Origin: Eledone cirrhosa
Taxonomy: Eukaryota
Assembly (NCBI GenBank): GCA_964016885.1
Contig: OZ024741.1
Location: 146,258,001-146,322,000 of the forward strand
Reading direction: 5' to 3'
Length of the DNA stretch: 64,000 nt
In this document: piece after piece, positions 53,901 to 64,000 of the stretch
Layout: every line of letters starts with the position of its first letter
Numbering within the stretch: the stretch's first letter is position 1
Program-made: the position numbers and the translations under genes
The notes under the pieces: generated by a model
Database searches by the model: none
Seen by the model: only the letters and a program-made list of their open reading frames with translations
Told to the model about the DNA's origin: nothing

Positions 53901-56735
53901 ACACGGACCACAAATTCGTGATCTGTGTGCTTGACTTAGATAGGCTTCATAGACGAGGACCCGGCTACTGGAAGCTAAACGCGTCCTTACCAGTGCGCAA
54001 GGCCTACAGAGACCGGATTAGCGAACTAGTTAAGCGGGCGTTGACGGGGGCCATCGTAAACAACAAGTGGTGGTTTGCTCTGAAAAGAGAAATTAGAATA
54101 GAGTCCATTAGGTTTAGTAAGGCTTTAGCAATAAAGAAAAATGAGAGAGAACTAGTTAGAAAATTAGATGAGGCGCTTAGCAAAGGCATCGCGACCGACG
54201 TACTTGCGGCGAAATTGGCCCTTGACCAATTCTTCAATGCAAAGCACGAAGGCTGCGTTGTCAGAGCTAGGGTGCGTGCTCTCAGACACGAGGGGACGAA
54301 AGCCCGAGTGGCGGAGGCGCGTCGTGGCAACAAAGCCACGATCCGGTCTTTGGTGGACCACGACGGGCGCATGCTACTCAATGCCGGGCAAATGTGTGAA
54401 GCTTTTCAGCGACACTTCGCTCAGCTGTTCGGGGGCAGCGGCGGGCCGGATCGAGGGATGGACTTTAGTGTCTACCTCGACGGACTGCCGCGGCTCTCGG
54501 CCACTGAGGCGGAGTGTTGCGAAAAGCCGATAACAGCCGCTGAAGTACGGGAGGTAATGACTGGCTGCACAAGGGGTAAATCGCCTGGTTTGGATGGTCT
54601 GCCCTATGAACTTTACGTACAGATGCCAGACTTTTTCGGAGGCCTCTTGGCGGACGTCTACTGCAACTGGCAACAGAACGGGAGAATTCCCAGCTCTGTG
54701 AGCCGAGGAGCTGTGGCGCTGCTGAGAAAGGATCCGAACAAGGGGGATAACATAGATAATTTTAGGCCCATAACTCTGCTAAACACAGAGTTCAAGATTT
54801 TGGCCAAGGTGCTAGCAAAGAGGGTGGCGCTTGTCGTTGGTGGTCTGGTGGGAGAGGCACAGACATGCCCCATTCCAGACAGATCCATCAATGACAACCT
54901 CCACCTCATGCGATACATCGTGGAGAGGGTAGCTAGGGAACCTGGCACGGGTGGGTCCTTGATCAATTTAGATCAGTCGAAAGCTTTCGATAGGGTCGAC
55001 CATCGTTACCAAGCGGCAATCCTGAGGGCGGCTGGCTTTGGGCCCGTCTTCAGAGGGTGGATCGCTGCCATGAACAGCGACATCTGCTCTGAAGTGATAG
55101 TGAACAGTCACCTTTCGGAACCGTTCAACATCATGCGCTCGGTCCGCCAAGGATGTCCCCTCTCGTCCCTCTTGTACGTATTGACTCTCGAGCCATTACT
55201 GCACAAACTGGAGACGTTGAGGGGGGTCCCGCGCGAACTAGGATGCGGAAGATCCGCGTCAGCATATGCGGACGATGTCACCGTAGTGGTGTCGAACGCC
55301 AAACACATCGAGGCGATCGGCACTACACTAAGAGAATACGAAGCCGTGACAGGAGCAATGATCAACCAGGAAAAGTCAGTGGGCCTGCAGCTCGGCACCT
55401 GGAGAAGGTAGGTCCATGCCGTTCAACAGCGTCGTCGGGCGCTGGACGGACGGACCGGTTAAATTGCTAGGGGTCTGGTTCGGACAAAAACTGGGACGAG
55501 GTGACGAGCAGGGTGGCTTCTCTCACCCAGAAATGGGCCGAGATGAAGCTATCCCTGAAAGTTCGAGCGGAGGTGGCTAACGCGTATATCGCGTCCGTCA
55601 TCTACTACCGCCTGACCGTCGTACCTTGTCCTAAGCCCAGCCTGACTGCGATGCAGTATTTGCTATTTCGCTTTTTGTGGAAGAGACGCGCTCCGATAGT
55701 CAGGCGGTCCATCTGCTGTCAACACCCGGTACGTGGAGGGCTGGGAATCCCGTGGCTGTTGATGCGCAGACACGCGCTCAGGCTACGACATCTCCACCTC
55801 TTCCTGGGCGGTGATCAGGTGTGGTCACCGTTTGCTAGACGCGTCTTTCCTCAGCTCGTCTCCTTGACGGAGCTGCAGTCCTGGGTCAAGCGAAGACTGA
55901 GAGGGAGCGCTTGGAGACTGGAATGTCTTCAGGCGCTCACAGCCCTCGACCAATCGGGTAATGTGATCGGTGGAAACTCCACCTTGGCGTTCTATAGAGG
56001 ATTAGTGGAGGGGAAGAACGATGACGTACTTGGGGAAACTCTAGGCGTCGATGAAAATCAACTAGCCAATCTCTTCGGAAGAACTTTCGGGCCGGAGCCT
56101 ATGGACAACTTCCAGAAATCCCTGGCCTGGCAGTGCTACCGAGGAGCTTTGCCAGTTCGGGATAAACTCTACAGGCATGGATGTGCCGTCAACCGGGCAT
56201 GTCCGAGATGCGCGCAGGGCGACGAAATCGTCCTGCACGCACTCATCCAGTGTCCGAGCATTGCTGACTTGTGGGTTTATGTGGAACACCTGATTAACTT
56301 TTATGTGGAACACTGATTAACACCTGATTAACTTTTTCAAATTTCATTTGAAAAGGAAAATCATGGTAGAAAGTGAAGTGCCCTCTTCCCAGCAATTTGC
56401 TGAAAGATGGGTGAGAGAGGCAAGAATGGCCCGAGTGAATGGGCCTACTCTGAGTATGTGTCTGTAAATTAAAGGGGGAAAACTGGGAGAGGGCACTTTC
56501 CCTGGTGGTCAGGGTCACTGTGGCTTTTTAATGGGCTTTCTCCACGGATGTCCCTCGGAAGTCTCCCCCCTATTGGGGAATTTTTTATTTGTTCTATTAT
56601 TACATCCTCTGTTTCTTGTTTTTTACACGCAGAAATGCCCATTTGTACCGTCCTGTATTGTCCTGTACTGTCCTTAATGTCTACTTTATGTAAACTCTTG
56701 TGGTTAATAAAGAAAGCATTATTATTGTTATTATT
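51000..56735 (+). mobile_element. Tx1/L1-group LINE, copy C (near full length, frameshifted)
   Basis: ORF1 fragments 51216-53198; ORF2 from ATG 53232 (IGSINARGL, AISETR, LVGDWN, YLDR, TDHK, FRPITLLN, QGCPLS, YADD, CPRC..H...C); AATAAA at 56706; (ATT)n tail. Confidence 0.96.
53232..56466 (+). pseudogene. Tx1 ORF2: APE endonuclease - reverse transcriptase - C-terminal zinc finger (frameshifted)
   Basis: ORFs 53199-53639, 53639-55411 and 55501-56316 together give the canonical domain order. Confidence 0.93.
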
Positions 56736-56949
56736 GGTTGGTGAAGCCACGCTTCTTATCGCCTCCAGTCTTTTTCAACGTTTTACCTCTTTTTCAACCG
56801 TTCTAAACCTTTTATTCAAGTTTTAAATTTGATAAAATTTAGAAGAAGTGACCCACCTAATACAGGGGATCACTAGTAAATAATACGGCACCCCTTTACG
56901 GGGTGTCGTATTCGTATTTGTGTAAAAATATTTTTTGAAAAATTTCAAC

Positions 56950-58940
56950 ATGGATAACACAAAAAAGAGAGAGAGCGCTGTCAGACAACACAGAGAGAGG
57001 GAGACTTTATCAGCATGTCAACAAGACAGCGTTCCAGCGGAGGTAAATATAAACGAAAATATTACAAAGGAAAAAGAGATTGTTACAGATTTAAAATCAA
57101 CAAATATTTCTAACACAAACAACACCAACAACAACACCAAAAATAACAGCGGTAAAGTCGAGAACGACAATAACAAAAATAACAGCGGTAAGGTCGAGAA
57201 CGACAATAACAGCGGTAAGGTCAAGAACGACAATAACAACAGCCACAACAACAATAATAGTAGGAACAGTAACAACAAAAACAACAATAATAACAACAGC
57301 CACAATAACAGTAACAGCAGCAACAGTATCAACGAAAACAACACCAACAACAACAACAACAACTGTACCAGCGCAAAGAACAACAATGAGACCCATAGCT
57401 GTAATAGTGACCTCAGCACCACCAGTAAGACCAGTAGCGGCAGCAATAGTGGTGCTGCTGAAAAAGGGACCACTTCTTTTGCAGGTGTTGCCCGAAATAT
57501 CGAGACAGTGTTAGTCACAGAGGAGGAGATGGCAGTCGCAAGGGCCATGGTGACAAGAAGCGCAAATAGAGTTTCCCTGAAACCTCCACCCGATTTTTTC
57601 AAGGGCCAGCAGCTACGAACGGTGACTTACCGCACCGTAAGCAAAATCTCACATCGAGTTGAGAGAGCCACGGAGGCTCAAATCCAAAAGGCCTTGGGGT
57701 GCGTGTGGGCACGCAAAACCCACATCACCCGAGGCAGAAAGTACGCCACAGTAGACGTACTTTTCGCCACCCCCAAGGAAGCAAAGTCTCACTCTTTGGA
57801 AACCCTAAAGAGTGAGCAGTTAGTCTTGGTGCCCTCCTACTGCGGGCAGAAAATTGTGAGGGTCAAAGTGACCCAGGTCCCACCCGACGTGCCCATACCT
57901 TGGATGGCCGCGTCTGTCCTTGCTGGAATTGAGAACAGGGCGACCATGCTGCAAGTAGAAAAAATAGGGAGAGAGAACTGGTCAGGTATAGGCATGCAAA
58001 TGCTTATACAAACTGACCAGGAATGTATCGAGGCTATCCCCGATATCATAGACTTTGAGGAAGGACTCCAACTCCCTATAAGTGTAGAAGGAAGACGGCC
58101 AAAATGTTATCTCTGTGGGTTGAAAGGTCACCTCAGGGCCTTTTACCCGCAGAAGACACCGAAGAGGGCCCCTCTCCTTCCAATACCTGGTCCGCTGCTA
58201 CCAAGAGCAGCACAGGCAACAAACAAAGAAGCCCCTTCCACGGTGAGTACGAGGTCAACGTCCGTAGCACCCGTACCAAGGCCACGGATAACTAAAGCAG
58301 CATCATCAGTAGCGGCAACAACAATAGCTACACCAGCAACAACATTGCCGAAGAGGGCTCCTCCACTACCACCACCAACAGCACATACCCCTCCCAGACG
58401 CCACAGAATCCGACATGGAGTTTGAGGCGGGAGTGACGTGGCAAACAGTCTGCCACAAAAAAGAAAAAAGAAAAAACCCTTAGATTCACCCTCCAAAAGC
58501 GAAGGCATACAAAGAGGGGTAAAGGCAGCAAGGAAACTTGCAGCAACACCACCACAAACACCAACAACGCAAACACAAGACACACACACCAAACAACAAC
58601 AAGAAGAAAACGGCAACAAAATCACCCCTCCCCCCCAAAAAGTACACAGCCCTAAACATAGCAAAAAAACGAACTCATAAAATATATAAAGCAGCACACA
58701 GACATCACGGAAAAAAATTACTACACCCCACCAACACCAAGAACTCTCCCGACAAACATAAGCATCATCGAAATCTCATTAGAACAATACAAACCTTTAA
58801 AACAAAAATTCCCCAACGCAGTTGGAGACTTCAGAGGGACGGTTACCAAGAGGATATACACTGACATCCTCTTGGAAACACCCATGACCAGCGAAAGGGA
58901 CGGTTCTACTGTCCCTTTACCACACGAACAAGGTAAGTGA
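56950..58940 (+). pseudogene. Tx1 ORF1 (Asn-rich N-terminus, RRM-like core, zinc knuckle CYLCGLKGHLRAFY, Pro/Thr region, conserved C-terminal segment)
   Basis: 496-aa ORF then frameshifts; homologous to ORF1 of copies A, B and C. Confidence 0.88.
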
Positions 58941-58972
58941 TCCTTTCTCATTTGCCCCGTTTCTCATCCAAC

Positions 58973-61900
58973 ATGGCTGTACTCAGAATAGGAAGTATAA
59001 ATGCACGTGGCCTGGGGTCATCTTGGAAGCAGGGTCACCTGCTCAATGACCTCAGGTCACTAAACATAGATGTGGTGGCCATCAGTGAAACCAGAATCTC
59101 CGAGTCACGGGCCTTCGCACCGATCTTCGGCGGCTACGATGTATACGCATCTCCCAGCCATCCAGGATCGGGGGGAGGGGTTGCCGTCCTTTTTCGGAGA
59201 GGCTTGGATCTCGCGAACGGGCCATCTTCCTGGACCCAGAAGGTAAGTCGGTGGTGCTGGACGTGACCGGCAGCGAAGGCAATGCTTTCAGGCTAGTAGC
59301 CGTCTACGTCCCAACAGGGGCAGGACGGCCAGATTTCTTCAAACGTCTAGAGACCTTTCTTGGAACGTCCCGCTCTTTAGTGTTAGTGGGCGACTGGAAC
59401 GGTATCTTGGATGCACGCTGGGATCGTGTAGGGCTAGTGGATAGGGGAGGAGGGTGCAAGAGCCTCACCAACCCGCTCAGACGTTTTGAACTGTCTGACA
59501 GGTATCGACTGGATCACCCGAATGTGCCAATGTGGACATGGACAAACCACATCGGGTCATCCAGATCGTATCTAGATAGGGTATTCTGCAGGGAACTAGA
59601 TAAGGCTAGTATAAGTTGTCCACAATTTAAAATAGTCGACTACACAGACCACACATTTGTGATCTGTGAGATCGAGATAGACAGACTTCATAGACAAGGG
59701 CCTGGTTACTGGAAGCTGAACGCGTCTTTCCCGGCGTGCAAGGCCTACAGAGACCGGATTAGCGTATTAGTTAAGTGGGCGTTGACGGGAGCGGTCGTCA
59801 ACAACAGGTGGTGGTTCGCCCTGAAAAGGGCAATTAAAGTAGAGTCGATTAGGTTTAGCAAAGGAGTAGTGATAGAGGAAAATAGAGTAGAGGGAGAGCT
59901 AGTCAGAAAGCTGGAAGAGGCGTTTAGGACAGGCATCGCAACCGATGTGCTTGCGGCCAGATTGGCACTCGACCAATTCTTCAACGCAAAACACGAAGGC
60001 TGCGTTGTCAGAGCTAGAGCGCGTGCTCTGAAACACAAGGGGACAAAAGCCGTCCAATGGGCCCGGGTGGCAGAGGCGCGACGTGGCAATAAAGCCGCAA
60101 TTTGGTCTTTGTCTGACGTCCGACCAAAACGGGTGCGTGATGCTCGAACCCGAGCGGATGTGTGAAGCTTTTCAGCAGCACTTTGCTGAACTGTTCGGGA
60201 GCGTTGGCGGCCCGGATCGGGACATGGACTTCAGTGCATACCTCAACGGACTGCCTCGGCTCTCGACGACCGCAGCACAGTGTTGCGAAAAGCCAATAAC
60301 AGCCGGTGAAATACGGGAAGCGATGGCTAACTGCACAAGAGGTAAATCGCCAGGTTTAGATGGTCTACCCTACGAGCTTTATGCATTTATGCCAGACTTG
60401 TTCGGTGACCTCTTGGCAGACGTCTACTGCAACTGGCAGCAGAACGGGAGTATTCCCAGTTTTGTGAGCCGGGGAGCAGTGGCGCTGCTGAGAAAAGACC
60501 CGAACAAGGGGGATGTTATTGATAATTTCAGGTCCATAACTCTGCTAAACGCAGAGTTCAAGATTTTGGTCAAGGTGTTAGCAACGAGGTTGGCGCTTGT
60601 CGTCAAGGGTCTGGTGGGAGAGGCGCAGACATGCGCCATCCCAGACAGATCCATACACGACAACCTCCACCTCATGCGATACATCATAGAGAGGGTGGTT
60701 AAGGAACCTGGCAAGGATGGGGCCCTGATCAACTTGGATCAATCCAAAGCATTCGATAGGGTCGACCATCGGTACCTGGCGGCGGTCCTCGAGGCAGCCG
60801 GTTTTGGGCCCGTTTTCAGGCGTTGGATCGCAGCAATGTACAGCGACATCTGCTCAGTTGTGAGGGTGAACGGTCACCTGTCGCAGCCGTTCAGCATCAT
60901 GCGCTCAGTCCGACATAGTTGTCCCCTCTCGTCCCTCTTGTACGTATTGGCTCTCGAGCTGTTACTGCACAAACTGGGGGCGATGAGGGGCGTCCCACGT
61001 GAACTAGGATGCGGGAAATCCGAGTCGGCTTAGGCTGACGACGTCACCGTGGTGGTGTCGAGCACCAGACACGTCCAGATGCTTGGCACCGCTCTCAAGG
61101 AATACGAAACGGTGACAGGAGCAAAGATAAACCAGGAAAAGTCGGTGGGCTTGCAGCTAGGCACCTGGAGAGGCAAGTCCATGCTGTCCAACAGCGTCGT
61201 GAGGCGCTGGACGGACGGACCGGTTAAATTGCTCGGGTCTGGTTCGGACCGGACCTCCAGATGGAGAAAAACTGGAACGAGGTGACGAACAGGGTGGCCT
61301 GCCTCACCCAGAAATGGGCTGAGAGGAAGCTGTCCCTGAAAGGCCGGGCGGAAGTGGCGAATGCGTACATCGCATCCGTCATCTGCTACCGCCTCACCGT
61401 CGTCCCTTGCTCCAGCCCAACTCTCACCAAAATGGAGCACCTCCTCTTCCACTTTTTGTGGAAGGGAAGCGCTCCCATGGTCAGACGATCCATCTGCTGT
61501 CAACACCCGTTGTGTGGAGGACTGGGCATGCCATGGCTGATGATGCGCTGAGGCTGCGACATCTCTGGTGCTTCCTTGGTGGTGAACGGGTGTGGTCGCC
61601 GTTCGCCAGGCACATTTTCCCACAGCTCGTCTCCTTGACGGAGCTGCAGTCCTGGGTCAGAAAAAGACCAAGGGATAGCGCTTGGAAACTGGAATGTCTC
61701 CAGGCGCTCACTGCCCTCTCCCAGTTGGGCATCAGTATCGGTGGAACATCCACCTTGGCGTTCTATAGAGGACTAGTGGAGGGGAAGAGCGACGATGTTC
61801 TCGGAGAGATCCTGGGCGTTGAAGAAGATCAGCTGCTTGCTCTCTTCCGGAGATCTTTCAGCCCGGGGCCTATGGATAACTTCCAAAAATCCCTGGCCTG

Positions 61901-62387
61901 GCAGTGCTACGGGGGAGCGCTACCGGTTCGAGATAAGCTCTACAGACACGGAAGTGCCGTCAGCCGAGCCTGTCCGAGATGCGCGCATAGCGACGAAACC
62001 GTTGTGCACGCACTCGTTCAGTGCCCGAGCATTGCTGACTTGTGGAGCTATGTCGAACAGTTGCTGTCACGTGTGGGACTGATCCGGTTGTCGACTGAGT
62101 CCATTGTGCAGATGGTCTCGCCGTCTTCCTTTGAGGAGGAAGGGCAGGCGGTTTTCATCTGCTTGGTGGCCATGGCGAAAGAGATTGTGTGGTGGACAAG
62201 GTTAAAAGGATTAAAGACAAACACTTTCCTCTTCGGCGAATCCCTGATTAACTTTTTCAAGTTTCACTTGAAGAGGAAAATCAGGGTGGAGAGGCAAGTG
62301 CTGCTTTCTAGCAAGTTTGTTGAAAGGTGGGTGAATGTAGCGAGAATGGTCCGAGTGAACGGGACCACTCTGAATATACGTCTGTAG
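58973..62387 (+). pseudogene. Tx1 ORF2 (APE-RT-zinc finger); stop codon within YADD and frameshifts
   Basis: gct TAG gct gac gac at 61028-61042 replaces AYADD; other motifs as in copy C. Confidence 0.93.
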
Positions 62388-62674
62388 TTTGAGAGATGGA
62401 AAAATTGAGAGAGGGCGCTTGCCCTAGTGGTCAGGGTGGCCGTGGTCTTTTGTGTGGTTTTCGCCACGAGTAACCCTCGGAGGTTTCCCCCCTATTGGGG
62501 GATTTTTCATTGTTTCAATTTTCATTTTATTGTTTATATATATATATGTTTCATGTCTTTTTTCTTTTCTTATATAAATAATAAAAATATTTACACGCAC
62601 AAAACCCACATCGTACCGTCCTGTTCCGTCTGTGATGTTTTTCTTGATGTCAGCCCTTGTGGCCAATAAAGAAA

Positions 62675-62724
<50 letters not shown>

Positions 62725-62725
<1 letters not shown>

Positions 62726-64000
62726 TTTGAGTCTCACTCATTGATGTTATTTAACTGGAAAGTTTGTTGAAATGAATATCAAGCCGCTACCTGCAGCCTC
62801 AGATATTCAGGACGTATCGGAGGGTTCTTACTGTTCCCAGCAAGCATGCCTTTTGAAGTGTTCCAAAAAGCGGAGCTGGTCTAATCTTCTTTAACTATCC
62901 TTGGAAACTCTTTCAGATAGTACCTAGTGCGCCTATGACAATTGGGACGACCTTGACTTCATGGCAGTTCCAATTCCGTTTTACCTCCCACTTTAAATCC
63001 TGGTATCGGTCAATTTTCTCCCTCTCCTTTTCTTGCACTCTCATGTCAAATGCGCAGGCTACATCTACAATAAGGCACAATCTTTTTTCCTTGTCCAAAA
63101 CCACCAGGTCAGGCCTATTGTGTTCTAATTTCTTGTCCGTCTGTATCCTAAAATCCCATAGCACCTTCAACTGATCGTTTTCTATCACCGACTCTGGCTT
63201 ATGCTCATACCACTTCTCAGAATGTGGTAAATGGTTTACTTTGCATAGATGCCAGTGGATCACCTTGCCTATCACATCATGTCTCCAGCCTTTATAGTGA
63301 GTCTGGGCTAGGTGTTTTAAGGACTCCTCTTTTTAACTAGTTCCATGTCTGTGGATCTCTAAATTCCGTTTTCTAAAAGAAGGTGCTATGAAGGGATTTT
63401 TCATGAAGGTTGCTCTTCCTCCTAGGACATCCCCTGGTCTATTGTCTTCTCCTTCAGTACAATTTTGAGCATTGGCTCCCTACTGTTAGCCACATATTTG
63501 TGCAGGTTGTTTTTCTCCATCTGAACACAGTCCTCTATGCTGATAAGACCTCTTCCACCTTCAAATCTCTTTAAGTAGAGTCTATCAACATCACTCCTCT
63601 TGTGGAATATGTTGTAGATAGTCATTAGCTTCCTAGTCTCCCAATCCATTTCTTTTTGTTCAGCAACATTCCATTTCAGAATTCCTGCACTGTACCTAAT
63701 AATAGACACAACTCAGGAATTTACTGCACTTATGACATTCCTACTATTTAGATGTGATTTTAATATGTTCCTTACTCTCCTTATGTATTCAGATCTTATC
63801 AATTCCTTCATTTTTTTGTTCTTGATGTCATCTGCCTCCAGAACACCTAAATATTTGTATCCCTCTTCAGTGTCAATTTCCTTTATTATCTCACCTGTTG
63901 GTACCTGGATTTCGTTGCTTCTGCTCAATTACCCCTCTTCATCACTAGGACTCCACACTTACTAATACCAAATTCCATACAGATATCATTGCTGAAAATA
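62725..64000 (-). mobile_element. R4/Dong-clade non-LTR retrotransposon (RT C-terminus + restriction-like endonuclease), (AAT)n tail
   Basis: YKYLGVLEAD, DVDRLYLKRFEGGRGL, RHDVIGKVIHW, VLWDFRIQTD...HNRPDLVVLDK...IVDVA...EKIDRYQDL, PIVIGALGTI, QKACLLGT; the 3' end runs into the repeat at 62677-62724. Confidence 0.92.

Larger units (their letters stand above)
56736..62724 (+). mobile_element. Tx1/L1-group LINE, copy D (full length, frameshifted)
   Basis: ORF1 56935-58425 plus downstream frames to 58940; ORF2 from ATG 58973 in pieces 58937-59266, 59251-60165, 60083-61033, 61261-61551, 61407-62387; AATAAA at 62665; (ATT)n 62677-62724. Confidence 0.96.

Noticed and set aside
51000-62724. Intact, active autonomous LINE
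   Set aside because: All copies have frameshifts or stops (including TAG in YADD of copy D), though some homopolymer frameshifts could be sequencing errors.

Overview
Eukaryotic, AT-rich, repeat-saturated DNA with no host gene that I can call confidently. The (TA)n/(CA)n/(ATT)n/(GAT)n microsatellites and the SINE types suggest a cephalopod (Octopus-like) genome; this is inference. The window is mostly decayed retroelements: (i) four Tx1/L1-group LINEs (CCHC ORF1; APE-RT-zinc finger ORF2), three stacked head-to-tail in (ATT)n at 47.6-62.7 kb against the (AAT)n tail of an R4/Dong-type element; (ii) three RTE LINEs with a C4HC3 PHD-type finger inside the RT domain, two of them head-to-head across (TA)n; (iii) Penelope-like (GIY-YIG) remnants; (iv) tRNA-derived SINEs with either RTE-type or Tx1-type 3' tails; (v) a non-autonomous Helitron and two MITEs. 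The most unusual signal is a recurring architecture inside (TA)n: a fixed 70-90 nt tail plus a fold-back hairpin of variable length. It occurs in at least three sequence families, and several copies carry a minimal hammerhead ribozyme (CTGATGA...GAAA-TGCGCA-TA) on both strands. All calls are by eye; no database searches were run.
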